A stretch of DNA of 64,000 bases from the human T2T-CHM13v2.0 reference genome, Homo sapiens. The first letter of the stretch is position 1, and each line of letters opens with the position of its first letter. The notes under the pieces were generated by a model. The model worked only from the letters and a program-made list of their open reading frames with translations. It did no database searches and was not told where the DNA came from. This document shows positions 46,218 to 59,860 of this stretch, one piece after another. The position numbers and the translations under genes were made by a program. The stretch lies in the NCBI RefSeq assembly GCF_009914755.1, contig NC_060937.1; one strand, given 5' to 3'.

Positions 46218-48559
46218 GATGCTAAATTCGGTTGTGCAAACATTAGGTCATAAAACATGGGAAAGGTTATCAGTGTGGGGTGTATAAGGAAGCAAGGAAT
46301 TCTCCCAGGAGATGAAGGAGAAGTTAGCCATAAATGACAAGGAATATGCGGATAGGAGCAAATTATGGAAGACACAGAGGACCCAGTGGGAAGTGCTTAC
46401 ATTGCGAACCCCAGTCAATTAGAATATGATCCCTTCCTTGGAAATAGGATCCAATGAAGTGAGAAAATTAATCCCCCTCACAAAGAGCCATCTCAAGGCC
46501 TCAAAGTACTCATTTTATCATTACATTTGTAACAGTGTATTTATAACATCACATCACTTTCAAAAATTTATTCACATGGCTTATATTTCAGATTTTTAAA
46601 AATTTTTTGGTATCTGAAATTCCAACTTTCCTGTTCATACCCCGTTACTTGTTCCCAGTCCCAGGGACATCTGCTTTATTGCCCTGTTTTATTGTTTTTT
46701 CACTGATTGATAAATACAGGCAAACTGGAACAGAATAACTTATGTACAGATATGATGCTTGCTTATTGATCACTACAGTGATCAATAGTGTTATATCCCA
46801 TGAATTCGGTAGTTCTGCTAGAACAATAACAGCCTGAGTTTTTTGCAAGTAAATCAGTATGATTGTCCTCTACCATGCATGTCTTTCAGAATCTGCATAG
46901 TGTAGGGATTATCATTATATAATAAAGTCCCTTCTCTTCTGACCATCTACATGCTTTTGGATATTATAAACCTGGAAATTGATTTTCCCCAAAAGAATCT
47001 ATAATATATTTTCACTGAGTAAGATGCCTGCCACTTAGTGGTAGTCACAGGTGCTGGTCCCGTGCTAAGAGATCTTAGGAATGAGTCATGCTGGGGAAGA
47101 AATTGCTTTAACATTTCAAGGGCAATATCTCAAAGCTAAAAAGTAGTATCTTTTCCATGTCATGAGTACAAATAAGAAGCATTCCATTCACACACAGATG
47201 CTCTTTTCCCATTTATCTTTGTCCTGGAGTATTTTTTCTTAGGAATATGGGGTTCTGCTTTTAATTCCAATTTTCCTGTGTGGTGAAACTTTCTGGCACA
47301 TCTCAGGAACTAGAACATATTAGGGAAACAGAGAAACAGTATTTGCCTTGAAAGAGTTGCTGGACAATCTTTGCTTTGATTGTGATGGATCATACAGAAG
47401 GCTCTGTGAGATTTAAGCAGCTACATTTTTCAGGGTCCCTTGTTAGAGCTATAGTCACTTACCCTGACTGGTCCAAAGAATGAATATAATGAAACACTTT
47501 CTTTTGCCTGGGTAATAAAAGATCAGTGAAAACTGATAGCATACTTGATGGTTTTGCAGCTTAGAGATCTCATCAGTATCTAAATCTGTCATAATGTATG
47601 TTTAACAAAAAAGAAGAGCATTTGGAGAACTGACTTGTTTCATTAAGTTACTGCTACATTCTCATAGCCAGATAGGAGAGTCTATCATTGTTATCTTAGC
47701 AACAAGACACTGGCTTGCTACTGACACCACCTTGGTGGGAATGATTTTAAGCAATTCATGTTCTCAGCCTGCCTGCCTCCCACACCAACATACTCTCTGT
47801 GACTTGTATAACCATGGAAAATGAGTTTGCATTTTCCTTGATGGCTATGGATATGTGACTCAAAGGGGTTATTTTTAGAGAAAATGGAAACAAGATGAGT
47901 TGATAGACTTAATACAAATCATTTAGAAATTATTTATAGGTCTTTGGTGTCATCAACAGTGAGAGATACATAAAGATGCAAGCTAGGGAGTAATAACAGC
48001 TTCTTTTAGAGTTGAAAAGGTTATCTGATGTGATGGCAAGTGAACTACTGTCATATACTTGGACATATGCATAGGCATCTACATGGGAATTTTACCACAT
48101 GGGATGACATTATTATTGAATATTACAGAACACTTGAGCTGCACTATTCATCAGAAAATCTAAAGTTACTCAGATGAACGCTAATAGCAAACATAAGGCA
48201 ACATTGACACAAAGTCTCCTAATTAAAATAAGTTGAAGGGAAATAAACTAAATTGTCCAGCCACACTTTATATTGTAAAGATGAGATTTTCTACTGTTGC
48301 ATTTGTAAACTTTAATTCTTTCTAAAATATTTGAGTTTCTTCTTAGATCACAATATATTCTAATAACCTTAATTTTGTAGGTAAATTACTCTTCTAATTA
48401 TCTGTAATTAGCTAATTTTAAAGTTAGTTATCATGTTAGAGACCTTTCCTTTTAGAGTAGATGTACACAAGTTTCCATTCCCAATCTGTAGCTCTCTTTC
48501 TCAATTATGCTTAAAAAACTAGAGTACTAGCATTATTTCTGTAGTATATTATAGTATAT

Positions 48560-48800
48560 AAGATTATGTGGTTTTGTTTAAGTCAAGTCAAGTTTTAAAT
48601 GCCATGTGTGCTAGCTACTCCATTGCTGAAAATTTGGGTAAGTAATTGAAATTCACTAAATTTGAATTTCTTCATTTACAAAATGTGGAAACATAGTGCT
48701 TGTACTATACCATATATTAAATCAACAGGGTTTTTGTGAGGATGGATTAATTTTAGAAATAGTTCTTTGACCAGTATCTGGTTTAAGTAAACACTCAATA
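48560..48800 (+). mobile_element. MIR (degenerate)
   Basis: ttgggtaagtaatt...tttcttcatttacaaaatg...gggtttttgtgaggat...agtaaacactcaata. Confidence 0.6.
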
Positions 48801-50515
48801 TTTTTAATGGATAAAAATTATTGTATTCTTAAGTACCTAATCTATGTTTACTAAGTATAACTTACTTGATTTCACTAAATCTTCTTTCTCAGAATTCTAC
48901 TTAGCTCTATGGAAAAAAAGTCAAGTGCATTTTAGATATTTAACTTCTCTCCCTAAAACAGTGGCATTCTTGGCTCAGTTAAATATTGTTAGGGATAATA
49001 TTGCCTTTATCATGAAAGAACTATACATAGAACTTTGAGAGTCATGAATATCACAATTATACTTCACTCCTAAAATCTTAAATCATCCTCTGTTGTAGTA
49101 TTTGCTTATCGTCTCCCATTTTATAAATGCATTAATGTTCTTGATTAATTAAAAAGGGTGAAATTTCATTCACGTTTAAATTAGATCCAACTCAAGGGAG
49201 AGCTGTGAATAGAACTTGCATCCACTGGATTGTCAAAAAGTAGTCATTTCTGTTTTACATGATTAGCTAAAACAGCCGACTCATGGCTTTTTGGAAACAA
49301 CACTCTTCCTCCAGGGCCACCCATGGGTCCCTTAGCAGCCTGGTTGGAAAGCAAATGCTCTATGTAATTGACAAATAATTCTTACCCATGAATAAATAAC
49401 TGTGCTGACCTTCAGGCTGTTGCCTATAGAACATGATGCAAATTCCTTCAATTTTTATTTTTTTACTTTTTAATATTTCTTGAAGTATTTTACTATTTCT
49501 CCCTTCTGTCAAAACATATCAATGTCACTTTGCAAAACTTTGATCCATAATGCCACTGTTCCACCTTTTCTTCCTTCTCTGTATAAATATCCATCACGGT
49601 TGACATTTAACATTCACAAATCATTGTAGCAGATTTCACTTATGCATGATTGGGTATGATTTTCTAAATTTAGACATGTGTTTGGTTCATCCAGAAAGTT
49701 TTCCAAATTCTTTATATTCATAGATTAATAAGTTAAATAAATTACATTTTTTTCACAGAACAAATTTGTATAAATAGACTACTTGAAGTCTTTCGTTTCT
49801 CAGGTTAAAATGTAGATATCTCATTTCCAGCCAATTAAAATTAATTATTTTTATTTGATGTTACATATTGTGTTATATATTAATAAACTAGTTTATATTA
49901 TAATAGGCATTTCACTCAATCATATAGGAACTACATTCAGAGAACCACAATTAGAAGACTCCAGCAGTGACTTTTGATAAAGTTGAATCATACTTCTGCT
50001 TGATATCTTATGTACGTTGGATTCCCTGTTCTTTTAATACTTTATCTACTACAGGATTGGCCCCTGTAGATTAAATAAGACTCCACTTTTGGGCTTTGCA
50101 AAGAAGTGGCCACAAATCTTAAGTGTTGGTTCAAACACTAGCTTTTTTTTTTGTCTACTGTAATAGTAATTACCCATACTTAAGTCTCACAGAAGATTAA
50201 GGTAGAATCTTCCTTAGGATACTTCTTTTATTTTTTCTTAGACACAAGATTTTCTATGACAGAGGGAATTGTCAGTCCATTAATATCTTCTAATAGAAAC
50301 AGTTTGATCATATATACATATATATCCACATATTAAAATTTTGTTCTTCAGGTTTTCACCTTAAACCAATATTTGATTAATTTTAAATTCAAGAACAATT
50401 CTTAACAACATACTGAAAGGACATTATTATAACATGATTTTCTCTAACATCAGTCCTGCTGTTTGGACCAAAAAAAGAAACCTAAGTTTAGGATTTATAT
50501 ATATGTTTATATCCT

Positions 50516-50518
<3 letters not shown>

Positions 50519-50558
<40 letters not shown>
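50519..50558. repeat. (CA)n microsatellite, about 20 units
   Basis: Read directly. Confidence 0.97.
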
Positions 50559-50563
<5 letters not shown>

Positions 50564-52447
50564 CTTAAACAGATGAATACTTATATGCATGCACACTTAT
50601 GAATATATAAATATATACATATAAATGCACAGGTATACATGTGTACATATCTGATGAGTTTGTGTGATATACATTCATAAACATATATAGACAAATATAT
50701 CTGCATTGTGCATAATTGAATAAATTATAAATTTTATTTTAACTATCAAATGGCCCAGTAATTGCAAATCATGGGCATTTAGTTTAAGGCAGATATAGAG
50801 GACAAGAATAGAGAAATAGCTACAGACCAAGGCATGAAAAGTGGCCAATCCAGAGCACAGTGAAACCAGTATAGAGCTGGAGATGGAGAGGGCCACATTT
50901 CCACTCTCACAGAGCTTGCTTAACTTTGTAGTTAACTATTCCTGTGTGGCATAACTGCGTGAAAACTCCCACCATAGCCACTCTTTCCCGAGACTCTCAG
51001 TTCCAACCACGGTCACCACAAATTTTTAATGAGAGTTAACATTCTCCCAAAGTAAGCTGGAGCCAAACTATATATATCTTTGCAGCCTGATCGTCTAGTC
51101 CTCTTCTATTGCTGATTCTTATTTATTGTCCTATTCCTCCCAATGTAAAACAGGACCCACTGCCAACATATACTAAGTCTTTAAGCGCATTGCCGAAAGC
51201 CATCTTATCCGGGTAGTTCAAATAGAAGTCATCTCTCCTCCCAGAAGAGGCAGCTCACTCTAGAGTGTAAAGCTGATTGAGGTTAGTGAGGGAGAAACTT
51301 CTGCCCCCACCTGTAGGCTCTCAGCCAGGCATCTTTGTGCAGGGCACAATTGGCACAGCCGTACCTGTCAGCCTTAATGGGAAGCCTACGCTTGGCCACA
51401 TTACTTATGTAGAATAACTTGTAATCGCTTAAACTAACTTAATTTTCTTAGACCCCTGCTGTAATTCTTAACACACTAGTCTATGTCATTTTGGGAACTA
51501 GCCAAAATCATGGAGGGCTCCCTCCTTTTCACAAATCTCCCCATTAATTAATTGCTTAGTTCTTCAAAGCAGTGAGATGAAATTTCAGAACACTATTAGA
51601 TAGAAATAATTTGAAAAAATTTTTTTCAAGTGACTTTTTTCGGAATTCTTCCAAAACAAAAGAGATTGGCAAAGAGTTTTGCCAAAGTCAAGCTTAATGG
51701 TTACTATGTAGTAACTGCTTCAAAAGGGACTGTTTTTTTGTCCTCCTCTGAAACACAGATGTTCGACAGTGATGGCATTCAATTATTACATTTCCTTTTT
51801 TTGAAACATTGAAAGAAGGATTTTTTTTAGTCTCTAGAATAAACACACAAAAGTAGCAAGCAAACAAAATTTTAGTTGGAGGACAGGTAGAAAAAAATAT
51901 TTCCATCTCTTTTTTTTCCCTTAAACAAAATAGATAAAATATATTTTGGGCTGGAATGTTCACAGTAGAGACAGTTTATCAATTATATTTCTTTCAGAAA
52001 GAAGAAAGCATTGTGGCTTGGTTGATGTACAGAAAGAGCTCTTACTGAATCCAGTAGCATTCCCAGTGCTGTTGAAGGTGTAAATCACTCTAAAGGCTTT
52101 GGTGTATGCAGTCCTGGATTCAAATCCTATCTCTGAAAGCTTGAAGAAGAGAGTTGACATTTCTGGAGCACACAAATCAACTCATTAAATAATGGTATCT
52201 ATAAATATAACATAATCCATAATTTAATGGGCCACAAAATCCTTTATAGAATCAAATGGTTTTCTAATTGTCTGAGAATGTTTACATAAAATAGAGCTAT
52301 GAAAGATGAGCCTTCTGGGTGACTGTTATTTCTTTGTTTGTTTTTCTTTAGACAAATGAATATCTTTTCTGACTTCGATAGCACACATACTAGAATTAGA
52401 AAATACCAAGGAGATCATTGTGGCCCCTGGGCATGGGTGATCTATAT

Positions 52448-52806
52448 CATCGTTCCCCAACCCCTGGGCCATGGACCTGTACTGGCTTATGGCCTGTTGG
52501 GAACCGGGTCACACAGCTGGAGGTGAGTGGCAGGTGTGCAAGCATTGCTGCCTGAGCTCCGCCTCCTGTCAGATCAACTGGGGCATTAGATTCTCACAGG
52601 AGTGCAAACCATATTGTGAATTGCACATGAGAGGGATCTAAGTTTCGTGCTCCTTATGAGAATCCAGTGCCTGATGATCTGAGGTGGAAGTTTCATCCCC
52701 AAAATATCCCCCACTCCCACCACTCCCCCGCCTCCCTGCCCCCATCCATGGACAAATTGTCTTCCACCAAGCCAGTCCCTAGTGCCAAAAAGGTTGGGGA
52801 CCACTG
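52448..52806 (+). mobile_element. MER1B-like hAT-Charlie MITE
   Basis: TIRs catcgttccccaacc / ggttggggaccactg; perfect 8-bp TSD ATCTATAT (52440-52447, 52807-52814). Confidence 0.93.
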
Positions 52807-55503
52807 ATCTATATTGTCTAAAGTGAAAATTCACTGTAGAAATATACAGAATAACTTATTTAAGACTCACTTTACTAAAACCCCTTCTAGATTTATTGAG
52901 ATATTCACAATTACAAACAATCTGTGAACCAGGAAGGTAGATTTGGATTATATATCAATGTTCAAGGGCAGTGCTTGATATAAATGCTACCACTGGCTTA
53001 ATCAAGAAGTAATTATCATCTAAAAATAGTGGCCTAGGGGTTTTTCTAAAGAAGCCTGGATCTTGAGTTGCAGGAGCCTCCAAAATGCATACAGAGCAAT
53101 CCAAAGATAGAATGTAGATTGTTGATAGTTCTTTAACTTCTCTCCACTTAGGCGTTATTTCTCATAGTATAACTTGACAAATAATTGTAGCCAGCAATTC
53201 TTATTTAGAAATGCACCTGTAGATATTGTTTCCAGTGAAATACAGGCTTGAAACACCACCTTTATTTACCTATGCAAAATTAGCAAGTTGTACATAAAGG
53301 AAAATTATGAGATACAGCAGCGTGATACCTAAATTAAAGTGTGAATAAAATCTTCATAATGCTGCGTGTAAAGATATAAAATAATAAGAAGTCCAGTTAA
53401 GGATCCATATCTGTCACACCAATAAAACATGATAAAATACATTAAACAGAGATGTGAACTATTTATTATAAAAAGAAGGAATGGCAACAGACACCATCTG
53501 TATGAGTGTACTTTCTAAAGCAGTAATTGGTTAATTGTATAATTTAGATATCTTACTTAAATCAAGTTTATATTTCACCATGAATTTCAGTATTACATTA
53601 ATGACTATTGTAATGAAGTCATTAAATCTGAAAGTCAATATTAATTTACTATAAGAGGACTCTTAGTGACTTACATTGGCAGGTGAGAAGGAATAGTTTA
53701 GTATTATCTATTTGATTATTTCATAACCTATGTGCAGACCATAAAGCAGTTTCTGGTTGCTAAATTTTTAGTTCAGTTATAATTACTTGATATTGAAATA
53801 CACCATATTATAGCAGCTTTTCACTGGTAATCATATCATGATTATTCATGATTATCTTTACCACATTTTTTTCACACAGTATTTTTTATATGTAAAGTTT
53901 GTTTTATGGAGTAATCAAATTCAAATATTTTAACTGACTCAGGGGAAAAAAGAAGTATCTTGATCACTTTTTTTTTTTCCCTGTGTCCATTGCCTCATGG
54001 AATATTGACAACTCCTTTAAACTTTTTTGGCTAATTTCGTCGTAAAACTTATTCTCAGATTCCTAAGTTGTATGCTTATTCTGCCCTGTTTTAATTTTTT
54101 TAAACTATTTTATCTACTAATTTGCTTCTATAGAGGTGGGAATTTAGTTCTGAAACCTACCCTCTACCTCCATCCAGTGAGCACACACATACTTGTGTAT
54201 GGATGTGCAACCTTACGTACCTGCACAGACTTCCTCTCCTCTCAAGCTCCTTATATAACTATATCCATTTTGGTTAAAGCAATATTTAGTGTTTGCGTTA
54301 TTAACACAATGTTAATATTATTCAGTGCTAAGTCATGCAATGCACTATGATTATATTTGCTTTCTCAAACCATTTTCTATTGACCTGGAGGCAATTATTG
54401 CCATCTTTATTTGCTTCATTTTCTTTGTCATAATCAGTATTCAGCCTGAAACTCCACAAGGGAAATATAAATCTCTGTTCAAAACATTTAAAACATATCA
54501 CATACTCTATAACATTTCTTATTTTCTTGGCTATTTCCCTTCTAGACACTTTCTTATTTTTCTCCTATCTTGCCCAATTGCTTTCTAGGCCTGCTGCGTA
54601 GCTGTCATCCTAGGAGGACTGTCACCTTCCCCTTTTATTCTTATATTACTATGCCTTTTTATATGGAGTGCATCACATGGCTTCTCCACAAGAAAGGATG
54701 AATATGAAAAAAATGTGTAAATATGTATACCTGAATTTTGTTTTCTTTTAAATTTTAGCCCTACACATGTTTGAACATATAACTTGGTATAGCATGCTAT
54801 TTGCGGATTAATATTACCTCCAAATTTTGAAGGTAGTGTTCCATTATGTTGTAGCTTTTTGATATTTAGAAGTTTAATCCCATATGTCTAAGTTAGTGTG
54901 TGAATTTTTTTTTCATGATTGTCCTCAAAAATTATCTTTTTTTTCCCCAATTACTGGAAAATATCCTGACAGTATGCTTTGATATAGGTGGTCTTTTTTC
55001 ATTCCCTATGCTGCTGAGCTCTCAATAAACCCTTTCAAAATAGAAAGTAATGTTCTCTTTATTTAATATTTCTTTGATAATTTTTTCTCTTGTTTAATCT
55101 TTCTGGAGCTTCTGTTACAGAGTAGGAAAAATGGATCAGAGACAAATGGAGCTCCTGGGTCAATCCTCTAATTTTCCTTTCTATTTTCCATTTCTTGGAC
55201 TTTTTTCCTGTCTTCTGGGAGATTTCTTAAACTTCATTCTATAAATAATTTATTTTGTGTGGAGATCTGACTGCCTGCCCCAAACTCTAAACATATTTGC
55301 AAGTTTTTTCTCTGCAAAGGTTGAATCAGAGGGTCTCTGAACTCAAGTGATGCAGGGATAGCTGAAGAAATTCTTCATCCTAATCATTTTTACCCCTGTT
55401 ACTTTCTGTCTATCTATTATATAAGTTTATTTATATGCCAATTCTATATTTACTTACATATGTTCATTTATGTATAAATGCCAGTTCTCAATTATTAACT
55501 TTT

Positions 55504-55822
<319 letters not shown>

Positions 55823-56113
55823 AATTATTAACTTTTAAGAAGTCTTAAAAACATTTTGTTTTCTGAATATAATTTTTATTATGTGTAAGCATTGTTTTAC
55901 AATGGATGTATAATTTTCTCCTAACTATCTGCGTAGAGTAATTACAGTTTTTTTTTCTTTAGGTTTTGCTCTGCTTTCTGCTTTATTTTTGTCATCACAT
56001 GTAGCTTTCCTCTGTTCATTTTGCTCTCTCTTTTATGATAGAGATTGTCCTTAAATACCTAGTCATCCAGAGCTCTTTGAAGTTTTTGAGTGAAAAACAA
56101 AATACCTGCTGGA

Positions 56114-56420
<307 letters not shown>

Positions 56421-56502
56421 ACAAACACGCCTACTGGAAACTCTGGGCATGCGTAGGCTTGCTGAGTGATGGATTGTGAAGGGAGATGTATTGATATGGA
56501 CA

Positions 56503-57300
56503 TATCTCCTAATGCTGATGTAACAAATTACCTCAAACTTAGTGGTTTAAACAACACAAATTTTATAGGTTAGACATTCAGTACAGGTCTCACTGGACTA
56601 AAATCAATGCGTCAGTGGGGCTATGATGCCTTCTAGGAGAATCTATTTATTTCTGTTTTCTACCTTCTAGAAAGAAGCCACCCACATTCCTTGGCTTCCA
56701 GCACTCATTCTCCATCTGCAAATACAGCAAGAGAGGGTAGATTAAGTTCATTCTGGCCATGTGTCATAGTCACATCTCCCAGTCATTACAGCCAGGAAAG
56801 GTTATCTGCTTTCAAAGGCCCATATGATTAGATTGGGCCCACCTGGGTAATGCAGGCTATAATTTCCTTATCACCTCTTAGTCACATCTGCAAAGTCCCT
56901 TTTGTCAGAGAAGGCATCATATTGATAGTATCTGAGGATAAGAAACTGTGCATCTGGCTGGGCGCGGTGGCTCACGCCTGTAATCCCAGCACTTTGGGAG
57001 GCCGAAGCGGGTGGATCATGAGGTCAGGAGGTCGAGACCATCCTGGCTAACACGGTGAAACCCTGTCTCTACTAAAAAATACAAAAAATTAGCTGGGCGT
57101 GGTGGCGGGCACCTGTACTCCCAGCTAGTGGGGAGGCTGAGGCAGGAGAATGACGTCAACTGGGGAGGCGGAGCTTGCAGTGAGCCGAGATGGCGCCACT
57201 GCACTCCAACCTGGGTGACAGAGCGAGACTGCATCTCAAAAAAAAAAAAAAAAGAAAAAAAAAGAAACTGGGCATCTTTGGGGACCCTTATCCTGCAGAT
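56503..57300 (-). mobile_element. MLT1 (C/D/E-like) LTR interrupted by AluY
   Basis: gtaacaaattac..caaacttagtgg.ttaaacaacacaaa, gattagattgggcccacctgggtaat, cacatctgcaaagtccctttt. Confidence 0.82.
56956..57261 (+). mobile_element. AluY
   Basis: ggctaacacggtgaaacc, ggagcttgcagtgagccgaga; TSD aagaaactg(t/g)gcatct at 56940-56955 and 57262-57277. Confidence 0.95.
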
Positions 57301-59695
57301 CAAGCAGAGAGGACCAAGTAGGGAATCAAGCAGAAAGACAAAACCATTTCGTTGATGAACAATTTTCAGTAGATGCAGTTCTCTGCTCTTTGAGAGAAAC
57401 CTTCCTTATTCTTCTTCCTTTTGTATGTAAGCCAGCCTACCAGCTTTCTAGGAGTCAAATGTAGAAAGTGTTAGGGGTAAAAATAATTAGGATGAAGATT
57501 TTCTTCACCTGTTCCTGGTGCACTTGAGTTCAGAGGCCCTCTGATTCAACCTTTGAAGAGGAAAAAAAAACTGCAGGTATGTTTAGTGTTTGGGGGCAGG
57601 CAGTCAGATCTCCACACAGAGTAAATACGGGCATTCAACCAGTTGTGCTATTCTTCAACCCTACATTCTCATGCATTGCACTCCAGCTTCTTGACACTCA
57701 CCAGCCTACAGGCACTTAGCGTTCAGCTTTTCCCATCTGCTGAGTTAGTTACTCTGTAAATCTGTTTTTCATTTTCCAACATTTGGCTGGAATTTCTCAT
57801 CTGCTGTCATCTTCTTTCCTATTCTCTTTTGCTTGGTGGATTTGTCTAGTTTCTAATCCTTTATTGTCATTTAAGTAAGTTTACAGGAGACAGTAGAAGT
57901 CAAGGGTTATGTTTAACACATCACATTAAAGTAGAATTTCCTTTGCATAAAGATTAATAAAAACATACACCTTTTCTATTTATCCCTCTTCATAGTTGAT
58001 TAAGTTTTGAGTTGTTGTTTGCCTTATACTGACTCATTTTGACACTGTAGTATTATGCATTGTATGAAGGTTTTATAGTTTAGACATAGATAAAAAAGTT
58101 ATACAATAATAATGTATCATTTAAATACATATGTATAAGGCATTTGTTTTGAAAGAAGAGTGGAATATTAAACTCCAGGGAAAAAGAGAGCATGGTCATC
58201 ATTAGATAAAACTATTATATATCAAATTAATTTTGCAGAGTTTATAAGCCAATGATAATATAATACAATGTTGAGTAGCATGTTATCATTATTGAAATCC
58301 TTTAACATATCTTGATAATTCTGGGAGGCTTTTTTTATACATTTTTATTCATATAATTTTTTATATTTTCTATTTTAACATTGTTGCAAGAATAAGTTAA
58401 CTCAAATTCATTTTGTAATGATCAAAAAATGTATTTATCAAAATTGAGAAGTAGAACCACATACTGGAATTCAGGGATTTGCTCTTCTTGAATTCCTATT
58501 TAGAGACCAATGATATAAATATTACATACTTGGATTCAGCATGTAATTTGGAAGCAAAATATTTTGCAAGTTCAATTAAGTTTAAACAGGAAAAAAAAAA
58601 AAACAAAACTAATTGCTGGAAGGCAATTGGAATGCCCCAGGCTTAGATTTAATGACTAAACCATGTCTGATCTCCAGGGTGTTGCTTTGCCTAGACTTTT
58701 TCTTTTGTTTGGAAACTTTCATTTTTCTTAAGATTCTAAAATTACAGGTTGTCAGCACATATGGCATATTTTGAAATCTAGAGCAACTGCATAGTAGGCA
58801 AATAAATGAATACATAGGTTTATAAATATAACTAAAAATAAGAAAAAATTAAAGTAAAACTATTAGTCCCAAAAATCAATATTACGGAACTTTAGATGTA
58901 TGATAAAGTATAAAGTAAAATAGTATCTCAGCAAAACAAAGCAATATGGGAAGCAAGAAAGCCAGAACAGTAAATCATAGGCTGGGGGAAGCAATTACTC
59001 AGCTAAGGTATATCTGCAAAGTTCAAATTAAATGTCCAGAGGCATGGTTGTCTCAGATGTCCTTTAGGCAGGTGGCAACCAGGTAGGGACCATGATAGCA
59101 AGAGTTAGTGCATCAGGCAATACCTAAGGCATGTGGACTCTATGAAATCAGTTCCAGGTGACCTGTTCATTAACAAGGCACTAACTAGAAGCCATGGTGA
59201 TGAGATGAAGCATCTTTTATATGGGGCTAGTAGAAGATAAATGGGGTGACAAAAACTCACCCATCAGACGTAGACTTAGAAAAGAGCATTAGAGTGGTAT
59301 GTGAGGAAAGTGTAACATTATAATGGAGGTAAAGGAATATCAGTTTGGAGGCAATGTATTAGGTCACTGTCAATCAGAACAATTCCATGCCTCCACATGA
59401 GACATGATGGCTGATATATTTCCTACGCAAATCAGCATTTTCTGTAATGTTAAGTCTACAAGTAGAGGGATGTAGTCACTTCAGATAAGAGGGTTGGAGA
59501 AGGCAGGGACTGGCAGAAAGAAGGATCCACCATTTTCTACAAAACCAAAGTTTATTTTCTCAGGCTTTCTGAATTAAGATGCACTTGATACATATTAATT
59601 TATGCTATTAATAAGTCCTAATATGACAACAAGTACAGTAGGTTGAATTTTATTATCAGGCAATGAGTAAAAGTCTCCCAAGATATTTACTAGCT

Positions 59696-59860
59696 CAATG
59701 GTTCTTAATACTGGCTGTGCTTTAGGATCACCTGGGAGATCTTTAAAAAATACTGATGCCTGGGCCTTCTTATCAAATTCTCTGCAGGTGGGGCCTAAGC
59801 AGCACTATTTTTTAAAAGTCTCCAGGTGACTTTAATTTGCAGGCAGGTTGAGAACCACTA
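59696..59860. mobile_element. MER5A-like hAT MITE
   Basis: caatggttct...atcacctggg...ctccaggtga...ttgagaaccact, quasi-palindromic. Confidence 0.8.
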
